A stretch of 64,000 bases of DNA from Lentimicrobiaceae bacterium. Its GTDB lineage: Bacteria; Bacteroidota; Bacteroidia; Bacteroidales; JAGNHN01. Every line of letters begins with the position of its first letter. The stretch's first letter is position 1. The position numbers and the translations under genes are program-made. Below, piece by piece: positions 8,873-17,798 of the stretch. The notes beneath the pieces were generated by a model. It did no database searches. It was given only the letters and a program-made list of their open reading frames with translations, and was not told where the DNA came from. The stretch is taken from positions 12,358 through 76,357 of the forward strand of contig JAGNHN010000006.1 in the NCBI GenBank assembly GCA_018001695.1, read 5' to 3'.

Positions 8873-8880
8873 TACTTTTG
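8873..8880 (+). promoter_or_regulatory. -7 promoter box for relA/spoT
   Basis: TACTTTTG matches TAnnTTTG, about 30 nt upstream of ATG 8910. Confidence 0.6.
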
Positions 8881-8909
8881 CGTTTTATTATGATGGGACC
8901 CTATAAGAG

Positions 8910-11096
8910 ATGAGGCAGGAGGAAACCACTAATGATGTGCAGTTGAAGCAGAAAGCATTCAAGGATTTCCTGGCACGGCAGGCGAAGGAGGTGCAGGAAG
9001 ACCCTCATGTCAATGCTTGCTGGGCCTTTCTGATTCCCTTACCTCAGGAGTTGGATAAGAACGACCCGGAACCTGCCTGGCAGCATGCCTTATCGGTGGC
9101 ACAAATTGTCTCGGAGCAGGTTGGACTGGGTCCTCATTCTCTCGCAGCCGCATTGCTGCATGAATGGGTCGTGCAGGGCGAGATTCGCATCGATGATCTG
9201 AATCAGTGGCTTCATCCTGTTGTGGTCCGATTGCTGACCGGATTAAGGAAGGTCGCAGCGATCAGGACGGATCGGACAGCTTACCATTCAGAGAACTTCA
9301 TCAAACTCCTACTCACGGTGGGAGAGGATGTCAGGGTCACACTGATCCGACTGGCCGACCGGCTTCACCACTTGCGCAAGGCCGATCATCTTCCTCAAAA
9401 CCAACAACATCTGTTGGCAACCGAATGTGCACATCTATATGCACCTGTAGCGCATCGACTGGGACTTTATAAAATCAAGACTGAACTGGAAGAGCTCTCG
9501 ATGCGCATCCTTGAACCTGCGATCTTTGAAAGCCTCCAGAAGAAAGTTGCGCAGTCGGCCAGCAAACAGAAGGTGCTGATTGAGGACTTTACCCGGCCCA
9601 TAGAGAAAGCCCTGCTCAAGCATGGATTTGATTTCGAGATTAAATGGAGGACTAAATCCATTCCCTCTATCTGGCGAAAGATGAAAGTTCAGGGTGTTGA
9701 TTATGAGCAGGTTTACGATGTGTTTGCCATACGTGTCATTCTGAATCAGACCATTGAAAGTGAAAAAGCAGATGCCTGGAAAGTCTATTCCCTGATAACA
9801 GATATTTACCCGCCCAATCCTGAACGGTTGAGGGATTGGATTACTACGCCCAAAGCCAGTGGCTATGAATCCCTGCATACGACGGTATTTGGTCCAGGTA
9901 AGCGATGGTTTGAGGTTCAGATCAGATCGCGCAGAATGGATGATGTTGCAGAAAAAGGACATGCAGCACATTGGAGTTATAAAGATGCTGCTGCCGATGT
10001 GAGTTCAACAGCCTGGAACCAGATCCGTTCGCTTCTTGAACATCCGGTAGCGGAGGCTTTTGAAAAAGCCCACCAGGCTAAAACGGATTTATATAGTGAC
10101 AAGATATTCATTTTCACGCCAGATGGCGATCTGCGCAAACTGCCGGCCGGGTCTAGCGTGTTAGATTTTGCCTATGAGATCCATACCCGAATCGGAAACA
10201 CCTGCACCGGAGCCAAGGTTAACGGTAAGAATGTGACCCTCAAGCATAAGCTTGAGAATGGTGATAATGTTGCGATTCTCACTTCAAAAAACCAGCAGCC
10301 CAAGTCCGACTGGCTGGGTTATGTGGTCAGCACTAAAGCCAAATCCCGCATCAAAAGGGCCTTGAAGGAAGACCTGCTTAAGGAAGTTGCTTTGGGAAAG
10401 GAAATCGTGGAACGGAAATTCCGAAACTGGAAAATTCCTTTCTCCGATGAGGTGATCAACAAAGTGATCCGGCATTTCCATTTTCGTGACAGCCTGGAAT
10501 TCTATGCAGCCGTATCTGCAGGTAGATTTGACCTACTGGATGCCAAGGAGATACTGAAAGAGGAGAATGGCGTTGCCCATGAAAAGCAACCAATTTCACC
10601 CCCACAGTCCTTGCAACCTTCCAGATTATCCGAAACAGCAACGGTGGATATCCTGGAAATCGATGATTCTTTGGATCATGTGAACTACAACCTGGCACCT
10701 TGTTGTAATCCCATTTTTGGCGACGATGTTTTTGGATTTGTAACTGTTTCCAAAGGAATTAGCGTACATCGCCTTAATTGCCCCAATGCGGCAGATTTGC
10801 TTAATCGTTATCCATACCGTATCGTTGAAGTTAAGTGGAGGAAATCATCCGGTTTATCCAGTTATCAGGCCACCATTAAGGTTAGCGGAACAGATGAGCT
10901 GGGTATGGTAAACCAGATTTCCGAGGTGATTTCCCAGGACATGAAAGTCAATATGCGTTCACTCTCCTTTGAAACAAACGGTAGCCGCTTCGAAGGCTCC
11001 ATTACTCTCAATGTACATGACACGCAGCACCTCGAAGCCTTAATTCGTAAGATACAGAAGGTCAAAGGCGTACTGAGAGTAGTCCGGGGAGATTAA
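8910..11096 (+). CDS. relA: Long RelA/SpoT homolog, (p)ppGpp synthetase with degenerate hydrolase domain
   Basis: RTKSIPSIWRKM, DVFAIRVIL, PKASGYESLHTT, EVQIRS, AAHWSYK; TGS (FTPDG...LDFAYEIHT), APCCNP and C-terminal ACT domain. The HD motif reads LLHEWV. Confidence 0.92.
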   Translation: MRQEETTNDVQLKQKAFKDFLARQAKEVQEDPHVNACWAFLIPLPQELDKNDPEPAWQHALSVAQIVSEQVGLGPHSLAAALLHEWVVQGEIRIDDLNQWLHPVVVRLLTGLRKVAAIRTDRTAYHSENFIKLLLTVGEDVRVTLIRLADRLHHLRKADHLPQNQQHLLATECAHLYAPVAHRLGLYKIKTELEELSMRILEPAIFESLQKKVAQSASKQKVLIEDFTRPIEKALLKHGFDFEIKWRTKSIPSIWRKMKVQGVDYEQVYDVFAIRVILNQTIESEKADAWKVYSLITDIYPPNPERLRDWITTPKASGYESLHTTVFGPGKRWFEVQIRSRRMDDVAEKGHAAHWSYKDAAADVSSTAWNQIRSLLEHPVAEAFEKAHQAKTDLYSDKIFIFTPDGDLRKLPAGSSVLDFAYEIHTRIGNTCTGAKVNGKNVTLKHKLENGDNVAILTSKNQQPKSDWLGYVVSTKAKSRIKRALKEDLLKEVALGKEIVERKFRNWKIPFSDEVINKVIRHFHFRDSLEFYAAVSAGRFDLLDAKEILKEENGVAHEKQPISPPQSLQPSRLSETATVDILEIDDSLDHVNYNLAPCCNPIFGDDVFGFVTVSKGISVHRLNCPNAADLLNRYPYRIVEVKWRKSSGLSSYQATIKVSGTDELGMVNQISEVISQDMKVNMRSLSFETNGSRFEGSITLNVHDTQHLEALIRKIQKVKGVLRVVRGD

Positions 11097-11108
11097 CGCT
11101 CAGGCTGA

Positions 11109-11918
11109 TTATCTCAGCACGAGACGAAACACCTTTTCATTCAATCCGGAAGTCAGGAGGTACATGCCCCTGGGCAATCCGTCCACCGCAATAACCGTTT
11201 CGGAACCCTTGCTAATTCCGCTCGTCCAGATCTTGCCACTCATATCCATGATTTGATAAACAATACCTTCCTGGTTTTCGGGATGCGTCAGGTAGACGGT
11301 CTCTGTGGCTGGGTTGGGGTAGAGTTTAACAACAGCCAGGCTGGGATTGGATGGTACTGTCGCGGTGATGGCTTCCTGCACCAGCAAGGAAGAAGTGTAA
11401 ATCACATCGCCAGATGTTGTCCCATTTCCGTTTGCAGCGTTAAAGGCAGCATAAAACCCCACTGTTCCGGTGCCACTTACCGGAGCCTGCCAGTTGGCTG
11501 TCCAGGTCTTACTCCCACCAGCACCGGTTGTGCCGCTTAATGTATGGCTGACAGCTTTGCCGGCATTGGTCAGCTTTGTTTCGGATGCATTAATCAGGCT
11601 GAAAGTTCCTGTCTTTGTACCGGTGCTGTTTTCAGCGGTGAGTTCAAATCCATAACGGTTTGCGCCTGAATGAGTCAAGGTAGCAGTAATGGTGTAGGTT
11701 TGACCCGGAATCCAGCCTGTGGCCGGGATATTGGTTGTGATCCAACCCGTTTGGGCTGAGGCTGTTCCCCCATGGCATTGAGTACATGTGGCATTTCCAT
11801 CACCCGGGCTACCTGTTTTCCCGCCGGGACTACCACTTCCGTTGTTAAGCTCGGCTGTAAAAAGCATAAAAGCTGCCATTCCGGCAATAGGAATCACTAT
11901 CTTGTAGATGTTTTTCAT
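11109..11918 (-). CDS. Reeler-like (choice-of-anchor V type) secreted protein with T9SS type A sorting domain
   Basis: Signal peptide, GSPGGKTGSPGDGNATCTQCH, GFELTA, WTANWQAP, FYAAFNAANGNG; C-terminal LYPNPA...DMSGK...GMYLL. Confidence 0.8.
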   Translation of the reverse strand: MKNIYKIVIPIAGMAAFMLFTAELNNGSGSPGGKTGSPGDGNATCTQCHGGTASAQTGWITTNIPATGWIPGQTYTITATLTHSGANRYGFELTAENSTGTKTGTFSLINASETKLTNAGKAVSHTLSGTTGAGGSKTWTANWQAPVSGTGTVGFYAAFNAANGNGTTSGDVIYTSSLLVQEAITATVPSNPSLAVVKLYPNPATETVYLTHPENQEGIVYQIMDMSGKIWTSGISKGSETVIAVDGLPRGMYLLTSGLNEKVFRLVLR

Positions 11919-11991
11919 TGTCTGAGGTTTTGGTTTGTTCTAAGATACAACAAACACAAACAAACTCAGACAGTTTTTTGTTCTGACAGAC

Positions 11992-12882
11992 ATGACATTG
12001 GTAGAGGGTTTATCATACGAGTTTGAGGTCCGTGGTGCATTTTTAGGGCAGGACGAACCAGGTTTGATCCTGTCAGATCCCCATGGGATGCGTCACATTT
12101 TGCCAACGCTTCCCTACCAGCATCTGAATCTGCAGGGTCATGACCGCCTGTGGTGCAAAGTGGACAGGGTGAATTGTTCAGGTAAAGTGTTTCTTGAACC
12201 TCATGACCCTAATTATAAGGAAAACAATGATTTCTGGTTTGATTATCTTGCCAAAACACAGGGATTGGATTTCTTCGGACAAGCCCAGGCACAGGTCCTG
12301 ATCAAAGATGTTTATGGACGTGATTGGCATGCTCCTGAAGAAGCCGTGAAGGAATATGACCAGGTTAGCGGACGCGTATTATTGACTGTCTATAAAATCA
12401 GCAAGGGAAGACTTTCCTTCACACCACCTTTAAAGAAGGTGGATGGAGAGGGCATTGAGCCAGGTAAGCAATATTTGTTTCAAGTAGGAAAAACGGTCGA
12501 ATTGGGGGATGGGCATCGCTATCATATCCTGAAGGATCCCTATGGGGAGAAGCATTATCTGGAATGCCGGCATTATGAACGCTGGGGAATACAGCAGGGC
12601 CAGGAAATCATTTGTTGGGTAGACCGGTGGTCCACAAAAGGCTTTTACTTCCTTGAGCCATTGCACCCTGTATATAAAAGGGGAGAGATATATGATTTTC
12701 CTGTTTCCGGATTTGAGACTGCGGTTGGGGGTAAGATAATCCTGTATGTTCGCGAACACTTTGGGGCTGTTTTGCGCACGGAAATAGGGAACCATGATGT
12801 CAAACTCCTGGAAGCAGACCGTATCAGGCTCCAGGTCGAAGGTTTCCGAAAGGGATTACCATTATTGTCGTTACCGGATTAG
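11992..12882 (+). CDS. Hypothetical protein built from four ~70-aa beta-rich (OB/S1-like) modules
   Basis: Internal duplication visible in the translation (see findings). Confidence 0.7.
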   Translation: MTLVEGLSYEFEVRGAFLGQDEPGLILSDPHGMRHILPTLPYQHLNLQGHDRLWCKVDRVNCSGKVFLEPHDPNYKENNDFWFDYLAKTQGLDFFGQAQAQVLIKDVYGRDWHAPEEAVKEYDQVSGRVLLTVYKISKGRLSFTPPLKKVDGEGIEPGKQYLFQVGKTVELGDGHRYHILKDPYGEKHYLECRHYERWGIQQGQEIICWVDRWSTKGFYFLEPLHPVYKRGEIYDFPVSGFETAVGGKIILYVREHFGAVLRTEIGNHDVKLLEADRIRLQVEGFRKGLPLLSLPD

Positions 12883-12883
12883 C

Positions 12884-14914
12884 CTATTTCAGTTTCTTCA
12901 ATATCAATGCATTACGGTTTGGGTTATACAACCGGAGAAGGTGTTTTCCAGTAGATTCATCGAAACGGGTAGGGTAGAGGATATTTTGGTTAAATCTTCC
13001 TTCCCCTCCATATTCAGGCGCTTCGGAGTCTAGAACAACCTGGTAAATACCTTGCTCTGGCACCGGGAATTCATAATCGGGAACACTGAGATTTACATGG
13101 AAATTAAAGAGAAACAGAAGTCCTGCCTTTCTGAATATCAACGTCTTGTGCCATTCATCCACATAGATCTGCTCTCCGTAACCGGCTTCCAATACCCGGT
13201 AGCGCGAGACCATGGCAAGCATATCCCGGTCGAAATTGGCCAGATATTGATATTTAAGATCAGGATCATCCAGGAGGGACCATTGGCGTCTGGCATAGAA
13301 ATAGCTCCAGCCATTTCCTTCACGCGGAAAGTCAATCCATTCCGGGTGCCCAAATTCATTGCCCATGAAATTGAGGTAGGCTTGCCCACCCAGGCTAATG
13401 GTTAACATCCTGATCATCTTATGAAGGGCCATTCCGCGGTGGATGACAAGGTGCTCATCATCACGGTGCATATGGTCATACATGTATTTGTCCATCAGCC
13501 AGAAAGCGATGGTTTTATCACCAACGAGGGCCTGATCGTGCGATTCACAGTAGGCGACTGTCTTAACATCAGGTCTGCGATTTGTAAGTGTGTTCCAAAA
13601 ATCCTGCATGCGCCAGTCTTCGTCTTTAAGGTCACGAAGAAGTTGTATCCAGAAGTCTGGGATACCCATACCCAGTCGGTAATCAAATCCAATTCCGCCT
13701 TCATTGATAGGGCGGCAAAGACCTGGCATTCCTGTCACATCTTCCGCGATGGTCACTGTGTTCGGGTCGATGTGATGTGCGAGTTCATTGGCAAGCTGAA
13801 GATACGTGATGGCATCCCATTCGACACCCTGGTTAAAGTATTTGTCTGCATTGTCAAAGACCTCATGCCCATGGTGGTGGTACATCATTGAGCCCACGCC
13901 ATCAAAACGGAATCCATCAAAATGGTATTCTTCCAGCCAGTAGCGGATATTTGAAAGCAGGAAGCGGAGGACTTCCGTTTTCCCATAATCAAACAAACGG
14001 CTGTCCCAGTCGGGATGTTCTCCACGGGGACCAGGATGAAAGTATTGGTTATCAGATCCATCGAACTGATTAATACCTTCGAGAGTATTTTTCACCGTAT
14101 GCGAATGCACGATATCCATGATCACACGCAGGCCCATGCTGTGGGCTTTCATCACCAGCATTTTGAGGTCTTCCGGAGTACCAAACCGGGAAGATGGCGC
14201 GAAAAAATTGGAGACATGGTAGCCAAATGAACCGTAGTAGGGGTGTTCCATGACGGCCATAAGCTGGATGGCATTATATCCAGCGGCTTTGATACGTGGT
14301 AAAATGTTCTCCATGAACTCCCTGAAGGAGCCTATACCTTCTTTTTCCTGTGCCATACCTGGATGACACTCATAGATGAGCAGGTTGTCCGGTGGTGTTT
14401 CCAGCCAGGTATCACCTTTCCAGTCGAAGGCTTCAGGGAACCAGAGCTGGGAAGTGAAATTCTTGGTTTCAGGATCCTGTATAACACGTCGGATATAGGC
14501 AGGTATTCTGACATTGACACCATTGGGGCCATCCACCCAAACTTTGACAAGTGCCTGGTGAGGGCCTTGCTGGCCAAACCTTTCCAGGGGTAGTTGAATT
14601 TCCCATATCCCAAATTCATCTTTTTGCAGGGGATCGGATTCCGGATCCCAGAAATTGAAATCTCCGATCAGGGAAAGGCGAAAGGCGGCTGGCGCCCATT
14701 CGCGGTATATCAACAGTCCGGATTCCTGATCTATGGAAAATCCGAAATAATGATGTCCGGCTGCGAAGTCATACAGGCTGCCGAAGTTATCACCGATGGC
14801 TTCCAGGCGTTGCTCGTAACGGCTATGCCTGTTTGCCACTTCATGGGCGCTACTATGAAGCCAGGGATCGTCCTGGACCAGTTTATATGGATAAGGATTG
14901 TTCACATTTTCCAT
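12884..14914 (-). CDS. glgB: 1,4-alpha-glucan branching enzyme (GH13)
   Basis: IYECHPGMA, SFGYHVSNFFA, MDIVHSH, FDGFRFDG, IAEDVTG, YCESHDQALVGDKT, LNFMGNEFGHPEWIDFPREGN. Confidence 0.96.
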   Translation of the reverse strand: MENVNNPYPYKLVQDDPWLHSSAHEVANRHSRYEQRLEAIGDNFGSLYDFAAGHHYFGFSIDQESGLLIYREWAPAAFRLSLIGDFNFWDPESDPLQKDEFGIWEIQLPLERFGQQGPHQALVKVWVDGPNGVNVRIPAYIRRVIQDPETKNFTSQLWFPEAFDWKGDTWLETPPDNLLIYECHPGMAQEKEGIGSFREFMENILPRIKAAGYNAIQLMAVMEHPYYGSFGYHVSNFFAPSSRFGTPEDLKMLVMKAHSMGLRVIMDIVHSHTVKNTLEGINQFDGSDNQYFHPGPRGEHPDWDSRLFDYGKTEVLRFLLSNIRYWLEEYHFDGFRFDGVGSMMYHHHGHEVFDNADKYFNQGVEWDAITYLQLANELAHHIDPNTVTIAEDVTGMPGLCRPINEGGIGFDYRLGMGIPDFWIQLLRDLKDEDWRMQDFWNTLTNRRPDVKTVAYCESHDQALVGDKTIAFWLMDKYMYDHMHRDDEHLVIHRGMALHKMIRMLTISLGGQAYLNFMGNEFGHPEWIDFPREGNGWSYFYARRQWSLLDDPDLKYQYLANFDRDMLAMVSRYRVLEAGYGEQIYVDEWHKTLIFRKAGLLFLFNFHVNLSVPDYEFPVPEQGIYQVVLDSEAPEYGGEGRFNQNILYPTRFDESTGKHLLRLYNPNRNALILKKLK

Positions 14915-14939
14915 AGCTCAAAGCTCAAAGCTCAAAGCT
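14915..14939. repeat. Heptamer tandem repeat (AGCTCAA) x3.6 abutting the glgB start codon
   Basis: AGCTCAA AGCTCAA AGCTCAA AGCT read directly at 14915-14939. Confidence 0.9.
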
Positions 14940-14988
14940 AATCAATTCCGGCAGGGTATCACATGTCATAATGTGTCTGATAGAAAAT

Positions 14989-16143
14989 TTACCCTGCACG
15001 CTGGGCAACCGGGTTGACTTCTTCCTCCATGATCCTTAAGATAGGCCTGAACTTCTCTCTGAGGATGGGCCATTTTTGCGGATGTTGATGCATCAGCTTG
15101 ATAATGCGAGTTTTATGGGTACGGATACTATCCGAGATAGCAGGTGCAGAAATGGGGACAGGGCAGTGTGCTCCAACATGGGCACTTGTAAGTTTTAAAT
15201 TGTTATCCAACACCTTACGCGACGCCAGTTCAAGTTTATCAAGAAGTTCCATGGTCCGGCTTAATCCGCCACTCACACCTTTGATCGGGGTTGCTGTTTC
15301 TTTATTATCTTGTTGTGTAAATGGGAACGCATCCATGCACCAGGCAGGTATCTGGATTTCATCCGGTTTCATGTCCGCGTAAAGGGTAATGAGATAGTTT
15401 GCCCCTTGTGTGAGGAGCCAGATCAGCTCTGGGACAGTACCGCGGTAATTTCTGATCTTCTCATTCAACTCCTGAGAAAAGGTGAAGCGGATCTGATGCT
15501 TGTCGCTCAGAGATTGCAATGCATGCCTGCACCATTCCACACGGGTGTCCATCAGGTTTTCGCGTTCCGACTGAAGCAGACGGCGTGCATGGTCAAGGTG
15601 ACCAATGGCCTGACGGGTCTGTTTCAGAAATCCTTGCTGTGTAATATGGGCCTCCAGGTAGGCTGTATATATCAGTTGGAGAGAATAGCGCAGAATTTGT
15701 CCTCCAACCATTAATGCCTGCTTATGGATCCCACCACGCAACAACGCAAAAGTACCGGGCAACTGATTACCTGGAAAGGAGAGAAAAAGCAACAGTTGAT
15801 GGTCAATCTCTGCATTCGTAATACGAAGGAATAAAATGCTGTTATTCAATGATGAAAACAGATCCAGGGAAGCAGTTTGTTGCTTTTCCTTGCCAAAGGG
15901 GGTCTCCGATTCATCTATCCAATCATAGAGGCGATCAGGATTAAGGAAAGGGGAGAAGTCGAAATTCATCCCATCCTCTTTTTCCCATTGTATTTCATTC
16001 TCCGGGTGGAAGGTCATGGCAAGGTGGGTAATCAGGCTTTCTCCGTGAGCAGGCATGCGGTATACATGCGCCTTCAGAATGCCAGGCACCATGTCTGGTA
16101 ACTGAACTACCAGCTGATAAATATATTGATCCCGATAGTCCAT
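14989..16143 (-). CDS. Hypothetical protein, possible transcriptional regulator (C-terminal HTH-like segment)
   Basis: 384-aa ORF with its own -7 box. FSQELNEKIRNYRGTVPEL resembles an AAA+ lid; LTSAHVGAHCPVPISAPAISDSIRTH resembles an HTH. Function is inferred. Confidence 0.6.
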   Translation of the reverse strand: MDYRDQYIYQLVVQLPDMVPGILKAHVYRMPAHGESLITHLAMTFHPENEIQWEKEDGMNFDFSPFLNPDRLYDWIDESETPFGKEKQQTASLDLFSSLNNSILFLRITNAEIDHQLLLFLSFPGNQLPGTFALLRGGIHKQALMVGGQILRYSLQLIYTAYLEAHITQQGFLKQTRQAIGHLDHARRLLQSERENLMDTRVEWCRHALQSLSDKHQIRFTFSQELNEKIRNYRGTVPELIWLLTQGANYLITLYADMKPDEIQIPAWCMDAFPFTQQDNKETATPIKGVSGGLSRTMELLDKLELASRKVLDNNLKLTSAHVGAHCPVPISAPAISDSIRTHKTRIIKLMHQHPQKWPILREKFRPILRIMEEEVNPVAQRAG

Positions 16144-16160
16144 TGCTTATTAAGCGTTAG

Positions 16161-16168
16161 CAAATTTA
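16161..16168 (-). promoter_or_regulatory. -7 promoter box for the 384-aa hypothetical gene
   Basis: CAAATTTA on + equals TAAATTTG on -. Confidence 0.55.
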
Positions 16169-16290
16169 AGCTTAAGTTAAGGCAAATGCAAGATAGTTAA
16201 GAATAATTTTATTACCTTAATGAGATTAAGTTAAGCTAAACATATGAAAAATTAAACTTAAGTTATTGAATAATAATATATTAAATATTA

Positions 16291-16298
16291 TACATTTG
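16291..16298 (+). promoter_or_regulatory. -7 promoter box for the 74-aa small protein gene
   Basis: TACATTTG, about 40 nt upstream of ATG 16339. Confidence 0.55.
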
Positions 16299-16338
16299 GT
16301 CATAAACTTCTCTGCCCAGGAATTAAGAAAACTTAACT

Positions 16339-16563
16339 ATGGATTCGATAGAAACAGGGAAGACCCTAAGACCGCAATACAGTCAGGATGTTGAGCACTT
16401 CCTGAAGTCGCGCAAACCATCTCCACTGGTCATGAAGATGCAGACCCGTTATTCAGAACCGGAGGTGGTAATGACCTCTGGGCGTGAAGACAAGAAAGCC
16501 AGGAAGGAGGCGCCCAAACGTGGTGGGTTAATGCAGGCGTTGGCCCAGTTTTTTTCACTTTGA
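16339..16563 (+). CDS. Small hypothetical protein (74 aa)
   Basis: Only ORF in the gap, preceded by a promoter box and an A-rich translation-initiation region (AAGAAAACTTAACT-ATG). Confidence 0.6.
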   Translation: MDSIETGKTLRPQYSQDVEHFLKSRKPSPLVMKMQTRYSEPEVVMTSGREDKKARKEAPKRGGLMQALAQFFSL

Positions 16564-16686
16564 CCTAATGAGAATTGGGTATTTCAATTAGCTAGTATAT
16601 TAAATATCAGTCAAATATTATATTTTACTTGGCAAACCAGATGAATCTGCATACCTTTGGGAACCTCGAACTAAACATCTCCCATT

Positions 16687-17709
16687 ATGAAGGCATTAAA
16701 AGTCATTGTCGCCATCCTGCTTCTCCTGGTGGCGGCCTTTTTAATTGTGGCACTCTTTCTCCCTTCTTCAGCAAACACAACATACACGATGGAGATGAAT
16801 GCCCCTGCAAAGGTTATCTTCAAGCAGGTGAACCATCTCCCATCCTGGGAGGCATGGAGTCCCTGGGCTGCTGCCGACCCGGAAATGCAGGTAACGTATG
16901 CTGAAATTGTTGAAGGAGAAGGAGCCTCGTACTCCTGGACAAGTGCAAAGCAAGGGAATGGCAGCATGACCATAACAGGATCTTATCCGGACAGTCTCAT
17001 TTTGTTTGACCTGAATTTTGTTGGTCAGGGTAACGCTGGATCTTTCTGGAGATTTTATGAAAAAGAAGGTGGGGTCACCGAGGTAACGTGGGGCTTAAGC
17101 CTTGACAGTCTGGCATATCCTCTGTCCCGTTACTTTGGATTGTTCCTGGGATCGATGATGCAGTCCTCATTTGAAAAAGGCTTAAACAAACTGAAGGAAA
17201 TTGCTGAGGCACAGAAGGATGTATTGGTAGGTCGTACCGGGGAGATCACTGAGCAAGTTGTTTCTGATCAGTTCATTATGTCGATTAAGGACAGCTGCAA
17301 AATGGAGGAGTTTGCATCCTTTTTTGAGCATGGATTTGCACACCTCATGGAGTTGGTATCAGCGCAGGGACTGGAGGTTACAGCGCCTGTGATGGGTATA
17401 TGGCATACCTGGAATCCTGATGGATATTCAGTCGTTGAGGCGGCTATCCCGGTGAAGCAACTACCAACAACCAAAACTCCTTTTGAGCATGGCATACAGG
17501 GAAGGATGCTTGAGGGAGGTAAGGTAGTGACAGCTGTGCACTTCGGTGCCCCTGAAACAAGCCTGATCTCATATACTGCCCTTGATGCTTATGTTGCTGA
17601 TAAAGGATTACAGCAGCGTGATGAAGTGTGGGAGATCTACATCAAGAGCATGGCCTCGGAAATGGATCCGGATAAATGGGAAACACAGATCGTTTTCCCT
17701 TTGAAATAG
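16687..17709 (+). CDS. SRPBCC (polyketide cyclase-like) plus GyrI-like small-molecule-binding domain protein
   Basis: N-terminal TM, WEAWSPW...GASYSW SRPBCC domain, C-terminal AVHFGAPE...EVWEIY...WETQIVFPL GyrI-like domain. Confidence 0.88.
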   Translation: MKALKVIVAILLLLVAAFLIVALFLPSSANTTYTMEMNAPAKVIFKQVNHLPSWEAWSPWAAADPEMQVTYAEIVEGEGASYSWTSAKQGNGSMTITGSYPDSLILFDLNFVGQGNAGSFWRFYEKEGGVTEVTWGLSLDSLAYPLSRYFGLFLGSMMQSSFEKGLNKLKEIAEAQKDVLVGRTGEITEQVVSDQFIMSIKDSCKMEEFASFFEHGFAHLMELVSAQGLEVTAPVMGIWHTWNPDGYSVVEAAIPVKQLPTTKTPFEHGIQGRMLEGGKVVTAVHFGAPETSLISYTALDAYVADKGLQQRDEVWEIYIKSMASEMDPDKWETQIVFPLK

Positions 17710-17733
17710 TATCTATGTAAAGGTAGTATTGAT

Positions 17734-17763
17734 AAGCCCGGGGAAGAAGCATTCTCCGGGCTT
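17734..17763 (+). terminator. Putative intrinsic terminator
   Basis: AAGCCCGG (17734-17741) pairs with CCGGGCTT (17756-17763), followed by ATTTC. Confidence 0.55.
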
Positions 17764-17798
17764 ATTTCATTATATTCGCAGCACTCCAGTTTATTCAA

